64,000 nt of DNA, from assembly GCF_006345805.1 (NCBI RefSeq), contig NC_043016.1, forward strand, positions 31,248,001-31,312,000. The letters are read 5' to 3'. Positions 41,283 through 52,607 of the stretch are shown here, piece after piece. Source of the stretch: Octopus sinensis. Lineage: Eukaryota. The notes under the pieces are model-generated. The model ran no database searches. It saw only the letters and a list, made by a program, of their open reading frames with translations, and was not told where the DNA came from. Each line of letters begins with the position of its first letter. The first letter of the stretch is position 1. The translations under genes and the position numbers were made by a program.

Positions 41283-41580
41283 AGTGGAGGCACATGGCCT
41301 AGTGGTTAGAGCAGCAGACTAGTGGTCGAGGGATCGCAGGTTCAAATCTCAGACCAGGCAATGTGTGTGTTTATGAGCAAAACACCTAAGTCCACGCAGC
41401 TCCAGCAGAAGGTAATGGCAAACTTCTGCTGACTTTCGCCACAACTTTCTCTCACTCTTTCCTCCTGCATCTTGCAGCTCACCTGTGACGGACCAGCGTC
41501 CCATCCAGGTGGGGAACCTGCCAAAGAAACCGGGAAACTGGCCCTTATGAGCCAGGCATGTCTTGAGAAAAAACAAACAA
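41283..41580 (+). mobile_element. tRNA-derived SINE with a V-domain-like core
   Basis: A box TGGCCTAGTGG, B box GGTTCAAATC, core GACGGACCAGCGTCCCATCCAGG...GAAACCGGGAAAC...ATGAGCC, A-rich tail. Confidence 0.6.
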
Positions 41581-44257
41581 TATATCTCTAAATATATATG
41601 CAAGGGGAAAAGAAACTACGGAAGACCTAGACTGAGATTTAAAGATATTGCAAAAAGGATCATGAAGTAGAAAGGAATTGATCATAAAAAAATGGCAAAT
41701 TGAAATAAAAAACCGATCAGTATAGAGAAAGTTTATCAAGTTATGCCAAAGCCATGAACAGTCATAGCTGTGACATCTGACTGCAGGTATCAATATAATA
41801 ATATATATATATTACTAGAAATTTACATTGATTGGACAACAACAAACTCCCAAGACAACAGCTTTACTCTCAATTATGCAAAAAACCATGGAAGACCTAA
41901 ATTGAGATTCAAAAAGGAATATAAAGTGTTTGGCTTGCTAACAATTCTGACAGCTTGTTGTCACTTTTTTTCAATAAGTAATATTAACATTGCTCGACCA
42001 CAAGGTTCATGCCTTTAAATTTTTGCCAAGGATGCAGTTAACTGAATTCCAGTACTTGGCAAGTATTCATCATCATCATCGTTTAACATCCGCTTTCTAT
42101 GTTAGCATGGATTGGATGATTTGACTGAGGACTGGTGAACCAGATGGCTGCACCAGGCTCCCAATCTTGATCTGGCAGAGTTTCTACAGCTGGATGCCCT
42201 TTCTAACGCCAACCACTCCGAGATAGTGGGCGCTTTTACGTGCCACTGGCACAAGGCTGAGTCAGGCAGTACTGGCAACGCCATGCTCAAATGGTGTTTT
42301 TTACTTGCCACCTGCACAGGAGCCAGTCCAGCGGCACTGGCAACAACCTTGCTCGAATGTTTTTTCACATGCCAGTAAGGCGATGCTGGTAATGATCATT
42401 TACCAAAGTGGAAAGAATGACAGGCCAAACTGACCCTGATTAATTTCACTAAAAACGTCATTAGTGTTTTCTCTGTGTATTATTATAATTGCATTCATAT
42501 CTAGAATACAATCACAGGATTATAAATTATTATAATTGTATTCATATTTAGAATGCAATCATAGGATTATAAATTAATTCCAATACTAGATTAGAACTGT
42601 ATTTTATAAGCTTCTCCTTCCCACTCCTACCTGTTAAAAGCACAACACACAAAGTTGATCTTAGTAGGATTTGAACTCAGAATGTAAGTCATTGCAAGTA
42701 GTTACTATTAACCATTTTGTTTGATGTTCTAAAAGGATTCTGTGTCTTGGTGGGATTTTAACTCAGAATCTAAAGAAAAATTACTCAAATTGTGCAAGGC
42801 AATTTGTTTGAGGTTTTAATTAATATTTACTTTACTGTTATCCACTACCTGTGCAACACTGATGCACAAATCAACAAAGGAGCCTTTACATAAGCTAACC
42901 ACTGTACATACTAGTCGAGTCTCCTTCAAATATCACCTTACTATCTTAATTGTTCTGTTACTATGTTAGTAACGAAATACACTGCTTTTTGCTTCAATTA
43001 ATTTTGTAAAATAATGGAGGATTTAGTAGAACAACTTAGGCATTATTAACCTCCCGTCTGGAATTTAAATTGAAATGGAAGTTTTACCGAGTGCAGTTTT
43101 GAGCAGGTTGGCATCAAAAGAGTTAGGAAAAAATCTTAATCTTGTCAAAAACTTACAAAGAAATCAGAACAGCCACAGAACATCTTTGGCCTCATAACTT
43201 CTCAATCATTAAAAGCTAACCTGCAGCTAAACAGCAAAAACACTTTAATACAAGGATTCAAATTTGGATGGAGGGAAGGAGAAAGTGTAACTTATTTAGA
43301 TGACATATTCATCAATTCTAGAGAGAAGAAAGAAAAAGTCAACAAGAATGATATTTGATATCAGAAAATTGAAGGCTACCAAATATTGTTTGTCAGTTTC
43401 ACCAGTCTATTTATAGTAATGATGATTTTAAACATATACAGATTATACATATAAATTTTAAACATATACAGATTATACATATAAATTATTATAGCACTCC
43501 CTAAAAGTATACTGGTTAGGTTATAAGTATGCTGATGAGGGCTAATAAACTAAAACATGTTTCTACTGACAAAGATTGGATTTAATTAAAGCATGTAAAT
43601 TAGCTTCCAGTGATAAATTTCTTGAGAGTACGAGATTACCTCCCCTTTAATTTCAGAGTTGTTAAGAATTACCACTAGGTTTTTGTTTTCTTTTTCTAAG
43701 AACATTCAGTGACATTTTTATCTTTTTTGTTAAGTCATTCAGGACATTTCCCGTTTACTTAATTATAGAAGATAAAGACTTTGTTTTTTATCCATCAAAA
43801 ATCAATAAAATAGTCACGATTCTGTACCCAGTCTTATTTCATACGTTATACTTTTTCACAAATGTGGCTTTATTTCCTAGGTTTGTAATTGCGATCATTT
43901 TATGGTGCATGCACATATATTTTGTATATATTCATATGATCATTCACTAAGAGAATTTCGATTTGATTCGGATCACTGACTCCGGTTAATTTTGTAACGT
44001 GCATTGTTGTTTAGCACCAGTCAAGGTTTAGCCCTGGTCAAAGAAACCCATTATCGAAAGCATTTCAGCCATTGCAATCGCATTTAATTTATACGATTTC
44101 ATTATGCAACATGTCCTTCTCTTTCGCTGAAGGTAAGCTACGATTTGAAAAATTTGACCACTGTAACTAGGATATCGAGCGATCACATGGTTCGTATCGT
44201 TCAGTATTGTCTCGTAGTGTTTGTGTTGTCTTCCGTGTGGGAATTAGACAAATCGTC

Positions 44258-44288
<31 letters not shown>

Positions 44289-44411
44289 TATGAGTTATAT
44301 AAAACAAAAAAAAGACGAAAACAAAAGCAAATCAATCTACTGCTCTACAAATGTCAATTTACGAAATTAAAAAAAATAGCAACAATTTTTTTTTATTGCC
44401 TTTTTACTCAC

Positions 44412-44760
44412 CAACAGTTGTCAGTCTGCTGTTCTTGCTTGTGATGTTGATCTTCAATCTCTTTCTTTCTTTCTCTCCCTCTCACGCTCAAGCACACATT
44501 CACACACTTTCCCTCCCTCCCTATCTCTCTCTCTCTTTCTGTCTTCCTCACTCTTTCCCCCCTCTTGGCGAGACGATTTAATTAATAGGGTCTCGAGAAA
44601 TGAAGAGGGGATAAAAAGGGAAGAATGAAGACAAAAGAAGAAAACAGAAATCGCTCTAAGGTCACTTTAGAACTAAAGGTCCGTCAAATGATCTGTGACA
44701 AAAACTCACAACCAGCTTACTAGTGTGAGACATTGGTGCTTCTGCTACGATAAGCACGCC
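44412..44760 (-). promoter_or_regulatory. Candidate non-coding first exon and promoter
   Basis: Consensus donor TTG|GTGAGT at 44412, CpG-retaining unique sequence, and a long GA-rich tract upstream on the minus strand (about 44830-45200). The upstream boundary is a guess. Confidence 0.3.
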
Positions 44761-44833
44761 ACCTGTATAGATATATATGTTTCATTAAGAGGAGAGATAG
44801 TGGTACTGTCACGCTTACTTATTACGACTTCTT

Positions 44834-44867
<34 letters not shown>

Positions 44868-45531
44868 ATTCCTTCACTATAACTATTCCTCTAACACTCA
44901 CTCTTGCATCCATCTCTTAACATCCCTCTTGCTTTCATCCTGTATCTTATTTCTCCTTCTCATTGTCTCTAGTCTTCTGCTACTCTTTTCACGCTTTCTT
45001 TCCTCCTCCTCCTCCCCACTCTCTCTTTTTCTCTCTTTCTCTCAAGCCTTCCTCATTCGTTTCTATCATCCCTCTCACTTTCACCCTTTATCTTACTATT
45101 TATTTCTCTTTCTTCTTCACTACTCCTTTTCCAATTTCTCTTTCTTTCTCTCTCTCTCCCTCTCTCACATACACACACACAAAGGCACGCTTACTATCTT
45201 TTTCTCTGTGTAATTAGCGTAGATAGATAAATGAAAACGAGTGTAAACGAGATATAAAATAAAAACATATTGGATACGAGAAAAAATATTGTATCCTCAA
45301 TCGTCACAAACTGTTACTCTGTATTTCTCATAGAATATACATAAATATATCGACAAATACAGATTTAGAAAAAAAACCATACAAAGTTCCTGATTTATTG
45401 AAATTATTTCTAGCTAGAATTGCTAAATGGTAATCAAGATCAGCTTCAATTGAGGAGGGGAGATAATCCAAAGATTACAGGGTCTCCAAAATTGACATGC
45501 AAAATAAGGGAAAAGTACAGACTTATTATCC

Positions 45532-46143
45532 AAGGTGGCGAACCGGCAGAAACATTAGCACGCTGGGCGAAATGCTTAGCTGTATTTCGTCTGCCGTTAC
45601 GTTCTGAGTTCAAATTCCGCCGAGGTCAACTTTGCCTTTCATCCTTTCGGGGTCGATAAATTAAGTACCAGTTACGCACTGGGGTCGATGTAATCGACTT
45701 AATACCTATGTCTGTCCTTGTTTGTCCCCTCTATGTTTAGCCTCTTGTGGGCAATAAAGAAATAAGAAACGTTAGCACGCCGGGCGAAATGTTTAGCGGT
45801 ATTTCGTCTGCCGTTACGTTCTGAGTTCAAATTCCGCCGAGGTCGACTTTGCTTTTCATCCTTTCGGGGTCGATTAAATAAGTACCAGTTACGCACTGGG
45901 GCCGATGTAATCGACTTAATACCTATGTCTGTCCTTGTTTGTCCTCTCTATGTTTAGCCCCTTGTGGGTAATAAAGAAACAGGTATTTCGTCTGTCTTTA
46001 CGTTCTGAGTTCAAATTCCACCGAGGTCGACTTTGCCTTTCATCCTTTTGGGGGTCGATAAATTAAGTACCAGTTGCGTACTGGGTTCAATCTAATCGAC
46101 TGGTCCCCTTCCCCAAAATTTCCGGCCTTGTGCCTAGAGTAGA
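45532..46143 (+). mobile_element. Head-to-tail trimer of a tRNA-derived SINE with a Meta-domain-like core
   Basis: Three copies starting at about 45532, 45766 and 45982, each with B-box-like GAGTTCAAATTCC and GCYTTTCATCCTTT..GGGGTCGAT. Single copies at about 16480 (-), 31315, 35450 and 50335. Confidence 0.8.
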
Positions 46144-46777
46144 ACGGCAGACATTTCTAGTTAACTAAACACTTTAAAACTTCGTATACTGGTAGAATGT
46201 GTCAAAATAAAACATTTTTTTCTCTTGGCTTTCTTGAGAAAATTGTAATTTGTTTGTTTAACGTAGTTTAATTTTTCGAATTTTAACCAATCCTATGCTC
46301 TCTTCTGAGCTAAAAAAACCAAAGCAATGGAAAATAATTTAAACAATTAACAAACAAAATAATTCTATAATATTATACACACGCTTTCTGTATACGTACG
46401 GAAAGCGTGTGTATAAAATTATTTTGTTTGTTAATTGTTTAGATTATTTTCCATTGCTTTCGTTTTTTTTTACACGCGTAACAATTAAATTAATTTAACA
46501 ATTAAGAAAAAAAAGATAAGGTTTAGGGTTAGTGACAGGATGTTGTCTCAGTTTTAGATGCAGCAAATGATTTTAGCTCAAAAGAGAGCATAGGATTGGT
46601 TAAAATTGCCGAAATGCTCGGATTTTCAGACGAAATATCTTACAAACTATAGAATTTTCTCAATAAAACCAAGAGAAGATTATGTTTCATAAATACATTC
46701 TACCAGTATACGAAGTTTAAAACTTTTTAGTTACCTAGAAATTATGTTACAAACTGCCGTTCAAAAGGAAAAGATCC
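46142..46777. mobile_element. Long-TIR MITE/fold-back element with an internal perfect hairpin
   Basis: Outer arms about 46142-46315 and 46571-46762; inner hairpin 46321-46460. Same TIR family as 48816-49568. Confidence 0.85.
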
Positions 46778-46792
46778 AAAGATTATCTAGAG

Positions 46793-47288
46793 CAATGGTT
46801 CTCAACTGGGTCCATATAAGATTGGGGGGGGGGTCTACGTAACAAAATGGTCAATTAGGGATCCACAATAGTATTTTAAGGGCCTCTGAAAAAACTTTGC
46901 GTTAGAAGTATGTATTGGTATACGGCTTGGTTTCATTCTCTAACATTTTACACAGTTCAACCTACACGAGGGAATGTGTGAAAAATAAAATAGGAATTAT
47001 GAAAGAAGTTTCCATAATACTAGATTTTAAATTTCGAATGGCTATAGGGATCCACCAGAATAAAATAGTAATTAAAGGTGTGCATAGATGCTGGTGTGTT
47101 TATGTCCCCGTCACTTAGCGGTTCGGCAAAAGAGACCGATAGAATAAGTACTGAGCTTACAAAGAATAAGTCCCGGGGTCGAGTTGCTCGACTAAAGGCG
47201 GTGCTCCAGCATGGCCGCAGTCAACTGACTGAAACAAGTAAAAGAGTAAAGAGTAAGAGTATAGACAAAAAATAGTTGAGAACCCCTG
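46793..47288. mobile_element. hAT (Charlie-like) MITE with a nested 5'-truncated SINE at 47089-47260
   Basis: TIRs CAATGGTTCTCAAC / GTTGAGAACCCCTG; 8-bp flanks ATCTAGAG / GTCTACAG; the SINE is flanked by ATAGA/ATAGA. Confidence 0.8.
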
Positions 47289-48595
47289 GTCTACAGATGA
47301 GATGACAGACGTAGACAATAAGCATAACACTTGTCCAACATTATCACCAATAGCTTAGGGATTTATTGAAGAATAAGTACAACATATTTATGGCCTGAGT
47401 AGTTTGCATAAATTAAACATAGAGCTAAGAGAAATAACCTATAGTGGTCAGTAGCACGTAGTTCAAAAACAAATACAGGCATTGCAGATATTCTTGATTT
47501 ATTAAAATTATCTCCGTCTCTAGAGTATGTGTCATGGTTACCAAATGGCAATTATAAAACCAGCTCAACTTGAAAAGGGGAGATAATCTCAAAATCAAAA
47601 ACTTTCCAGAGTTGTTAACTGTGATGCAGTGGTAGATATTTAATAAATCATGAATTTATTATATATACCTATATTCGTCTATATTGTTCAAATACATGCC
47701 ACTGGTCACTCTGAGTTACTTCTTTTAGCTCATTTTTACACACACACAAATTAGCTGTTAACCTCCAGTTTTCCTTTTGGCATGGTTTGAATGGCTCAAC
47801 AGGTTCTGATGAATCTAAATACTACTCTTTTTCTTTTTAATTGTTTCAGTCACATGACTGTGGCCATGCCTTTAGTCGAGCAAATCGACCTCAGGACTTA
47901 TTCTTTGGAAGCCTAGTACTTATTCGAACCGCTAAGTTACGGGGACGTAAACAGTAAACACACAAGCATCAGTTGTCAAGCGATGTTGTGGGGACAAACA
48001 CAGACACACAAACATATACACACACATACATATACATATACATATATATATATATATATATACATATACGATGGGCTTCTTTCAGTTTCCGTCTACCAAA
48101 TCCACTCACAAGGCTATGGTCGGCCCAAGGCTATAGTAGAAGACACCTGCCCAAGGTGCCACGCAGTGGGACTGAACCCGGAACCATGTGGTTCGTAAGC
48201 AAGCTACTTACCACACAGCCACTCCTACGCCTTAAGGTTTCTACAATTGCATGTCTTTCCCAACGCCAACCACTTTATACAGCTGTTTTCTTTGTAGTAC
48301 CAGCACTAGTGAAGCTCATTTCCGAACTTGTTCGGCTAAGAGCTCAACAAAAAGAGCATAGAAGAGAGAAAAATGATTCTGGTTGGGGGAGGGGTTGAGG
48401 AAGAGGAAGATGAGAAGAATAGATTTATAGTCATGAACAGGAAGTAGTGAAGGAGATTATGACAGGGAAGCAATTAGAGATACAAGCTATTGAGAAAAGG
48501 AGTGGATAGACTGGAAAAGTGATAGGATGAGTTACGCTGGGTGGGAGTCTAGAGTTGCTTACATTATTATAAGGGAATGGAGCAATAGACTTCAT

Positions 48596-48662
<67 letters not shown>

Positions 48663-48815
48663 AATGTTGTAGGACTGTAATTTCCATTTTTACATAATAT
48701 GAAAAGTGTAGTGAGCTACAAAATTTTTACATTCTCTTGATTTCCTGTAATTCAGGTCGTGTCATAGTCCAAGCAGAGAAAATGGAAAAGGCGTTGTCCC
48801 CCGAAGATGATGAGG

Positions 48816-49568
48816 GCATCTTTTCGGTTTGAACGACAGTTTTTTAAAACAATTTCTATGTAACTAAACACTTTTAAACTTTGTATACTGGTAGAATGTG
48901 TTTATAAAACATCTTTTTCTCTTGGTTTTCTTGAGAAAATTCTATAGTTTGTAAGATATTTTCTTCAATTTTTGCAATTTCAACCAATCAATGACGTCTA
49001 TTGAGGTGAAAACATTATCTGCCGTAAAATTTTCTGGTGGTGAAATATGAAAATGTCCCTCGTTTAAGAAATAGATTGGGTTTATTTACATTTCTGAAGA
49101 AAAAAAAGATACCCTTCTCCCCACCCCTAACCCTAACCTAAACCCTAACCCTAACCTTAACCCTAACTCTAACCCTAACCCTAAAACAGATTGAAATGCA
49201 ATAGATCGATAGTAGGGTCATAATTATGGGTGGACACTAAAGAGGGAACGGTTTTGTTATCCAGCTCTGTTTATGAGTGACCCCTCAGTTTATGGCCACA
49301 GGGTATCTTTTTTTCTCATGAAAAAGAGATATTTTCATATGACACCGCCATAAAATGTTACGGCAGAAATCGTTTTCACCTCAATAGACGTCATTGATTG
49401 GTTGAAATTGCCAAAATTGAAGAAAATATCTTACAAACTATAGAATTTTCTCAAGAAAGCCAAGAGAAAAAGATGTTTTACAAACACATTCTACCAGTAT
49501 ATGAAGTTTAAAATTTTTTAGCTACATAGAAATTATTTTAAAAACTGCCGTTCAAATCGAAGAGATCC
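48816..49568. mobile_element. Long-TIR MITE (arms about 240 bp) with a telomere-repeat core
   Basis: Arms about 48816-49052 and 49329-49568 are reverse complements. Confidence 0.85.
49125..49184 (-). repeat. Interstitial (TTAGGG)n-type tract, 10 hexamers, 7 perfect CCCTAA
   Basis: Directly visible in the sequence. Confidence 0.95.
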
Positions 49569-49599
49569 TGTTGAGAGAGATGTACTGGAACAACCGCTG

Positions 49600-49980
49600 T
49601 GACTTACAGGTCTTGTAATTGTGGATAGCCATCTCTGTCCCAATAGCACTGAGCTAGGATATGGTCAAGATGGGGCAAGAACACCAGAAGTCTCCACTGC
49701 CACAGGCTCGGCCTTAAACCTGTCAGAGAGCAACCGATACTTTGATAGTTTGTGTTTCTCAGCCAGATGAGTAGTGGAGCTTGGAGTGGCACCTGAACAC
49801 ACCAAGTTACCACTGGAGAAGGTATCACAGGATGTGGCATCCCAGATGAAGAGCCTACTGCTATGGAATGGGAAAATTGCCATACTGTTAGGCCTTTTAC
49901 CATCTCCTCAGTGTAGCCCTGCTGGTTTGAGCTGGAAAGGGAAGCCTGTGACATTCAGGTCATGCTCTATGACCAACTGG
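49600..49980 (-). mobile_element. CRE-like non-LTR retrotransposon relic (restriction-like endonuclease domain)
   Basis: Reads LKPAGLH*GDGKRPNSMAIFPF...IWDATSCDTF...AEKHKLSKY...EPVAVETSGV (ORF 49665..49883 plus flank), matching the RPDG...WDxT...AE..K..KY...P.AVET.G pattern. Confidence 0.75.
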
Positions 49981-50939
49981 ACTATAGGTTGGAGAGGAAT
50001 TCTGAGCGAGTCATTGAAAGACAGAGAGGAGTTGGGATGGTTGTTGTGCTGGTTGGAAAGAACAAGGAAAGACAAGGAGGAGTGTTGAGGAGTCAAAGAA
50101 ATTGCAACAAGAGATTAATGTGAGAAAATTAGATGCTACGTGGGTGCAGTGAAGGAAAGAGATACTGGATGCTACTATGGAGATAGTGAGGAAGGGAAAG
50201 AGAGAGTGTGAATCCCCCAAAGCACCCGAGATGGAGAGGCAGATGATGAGAGAAGGGTAGAGGGGAAGAGGTGAGGTGGTAAACTTGTATGTAAGAGTGA
50301 GTCTATGAATATATCAATATTTATAAATAAGAAGAGGCAGCGAGCTGGCAGAAACATTAGCACGCCAGGCAAAATGCTTTGCAATATCTTGTCTGCCGTT
50401 ACGTTCTGAGTTCAGATTCTGCCAAGGTCAACATTACTTTTCAACCTTTCAGGGTCGATAAATTGATACGCTGGGGTTGATGTAATCAACTAGTCCCCTT
50501 CTCCAGAATATTCAGGGCCTTGTGGCTAGAGCAGAAATAATTATTTTGTAGGGTGGCAAGCTGACAGAATCCTGAGCACGCCGGACGAAATGCTTAGCGG
50601 TATTTCATTTGCCGTTACGTTCTGAGTTCAAATTCCGCAAAGACCGACTTTTTTTTTCGTTCTTTCTGGGTCAATTAAATAAATACCAGCTACACACTGG
50701 GGTCTATGTAATATACTTAATCCCTTTGTCTGTGTTTGTCCTCTCAATGTTTAGCCCATGTGGGCAATATATCTTATCTTTTATCTTTATCTTTTACTTG
50801 TTTCAGTCATTTGACTGCGGCCATGCTGGAGCACCGCCTTTAGTCGAGCAAATCGACCCCGGGATTTATTCTTTGTAAGCCCAGTACTTATTCTATCGGT
50901 CTCTTTTGCCGAACCGCTATATATATATATTTCAAATCA

Positions 50940-51679
50940 AAAATCAAACAAAATCAAAATAGATGAACATCAATGGAATTTGTATCCTTGTGGCACACGA
51001 GAAAACCATCCGAACGTGGCTGTAGCCAGTGCCGCACCGACTGGCCTCCATGCTGTGGGCACGTAACAATCACCATCCGATCGTGGCCGATCGCCAGCCT
51101 CATCTGGCTCCTGTGTCGGTGGCACATAAAAACACCATCCGAGCGTGGTCGTCTGCTAGCCTTGTCTGGCACCTGTGTCGGTGGCACATAAAAACACCAT
51201 CCAAGCGTGGCCGTTCGCCAGCCTCGTCTGGCACCTGTGTCGGTGGCACATAAAAACACCATCCGAGCGTGGCCGTTCGCCAGCCTCGTCTGGCACCTGT
51301 GTCGGTGGCACATAAAAACACCATCCGAGCGTGGCCGTTCGCCAGCCTTGTCTGGCACCTGTGTCGGTGGCACATAAAAACACCACCATCCGAGCGTGGC
51401 CGTTCGCCAGCCTCGTCTGGCACCTGTGTCGGTGGCACATAAAAATACCATCCGAGCGTGGCCGTTCGCCAGCCTCGTCTGGCACCTGTGTCGGTGGGAC
51501 ATAAAATCACCCACTACACTCTCGGAGTGGTTGGCGTTAGGAAGGGCATCCAGCTGTAGAAACACTGCCAGATCTGACTGGCCTGGTGCAGCCTTCGGGC
51601 TCCCCAGACCCCAGTTGAACCGTCCAACCCATGCTAGCATGGAAAGCGGACGTTAAATGATGATGATGATGATGATGAT
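50940..51679 (+). mobile_element. RTE-tailed SINE-like element containing a young 62-bp tandem array (51007-51510), ending in (GAT)n
   Basis: Units start at 51007 (diverged), 51074, 51136, 51198, 51260, 51322, 51387 and 51449. Confidence 0.9.
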
Positions 51680-51896
51680 ATTTCGCTCTTTTCTCTTTTA
51701 CTTGTTTCAGTCATTTGACTTTGGCCATGCTGTGGAGCATCACCTTTAGTTGAGCAAATCGACCCCAGGACTTATTCTTTGGAAGCCTAGTACTTATTCC
51801 ATCAGTTTCTTATGCTGAACCGCTAAGTTACGGGGATGTAAACGCACCATCATCGGTTGTTAAGTGATGTTGGGGGGGACAAGCACAGACACACAA

Positions 51897-51935
<39 letters not shown>

Positions 51936-52176
51936 TACGACAGACTTCTTTCAGTTTCTGTCTACCAGATCCACTCACTAGGCTTTGGGTGGCCCGAGGC
52001 TATAGTAGAAGACACTTGCCCAAGGTGCTATGCAGTGGGACTGAACCCAGAACTATGTGGGTGGTAAGCAAGCTCCTTACCACACAGCCACTCCTGCGCA
52101 CTTGTATATAAATACTGTTATATACGCATAATTTTATATAAAAAGCAAATAAGTAACAAGAATATCAAGGTATAAG

Positions 52177-52254
52177 TGCATTACGGCCGTTTCAGGCAGC
52201 TCCATTTAATCAATCAATGCAAGCATTTGAAATATACTGCCTTCTTTGGATGCA
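52177..52254 (-). ncRNA. Type I (Penelope-type, minimal) hammerhead ribozyme motif, probably inactivated by G5A
   Basis: Minus strand: stem I TGCAT/ATGCA, core CCAAAGA, stem II AGGCAG/CTGCCT, GAA, palindromic stem III ACGGCCGT, cleavage triplet GUA. Confidence 0.75.
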
Positions 52255-52575
52255 TAAGACCATATAGGTTTTCAACATACAAGAGGTTAATGAGAGAAAA
52301 TTAGATGGTTCGTGGATCAAGCTCCACTACTCATCTGGCTGAACCATCATTATAATTTTTTAGCAAATTTTTCATCAGAACTAGAGAATAAAAGAATTAC
52401 ATGCCTGAGCTGTGCAGACAATACAGGACTGACATGATGCCTGAACTTAAGTACCTAATTCAACAGAATCGTATTTATTCCATAATTTTATTTGTGTGTG
52501 TGTGTGTATGTATATATATATATATATACATACACATATATATATATATATGCACACGCACACATATATATACAT

Positions 52576-52607
<32 letters not shown>

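Noticed and set aside
41283-41356. tRNA-like sequence with A and B boxes
   Set aside because: No complete cloverleaf or acceptor stem, and it runs directly into a SINE body, so it is a SINE head rather than a tRNA gene.
43425-43487. Exact 30-bp tandem duplication
   Set aside because: Ordinary slippage duplication in AT-rich DNA with no functional signal.
51007-51510. Regular 62-bp repeat considered as a CRISPR array or a repetitive protein (ORFs 50954..51640 and others)
   Set aside because: Units are contiguous with no unique spacers, ORFs open in several frames on both strands because of periodicity, and the array lies inside a SINE-like element.
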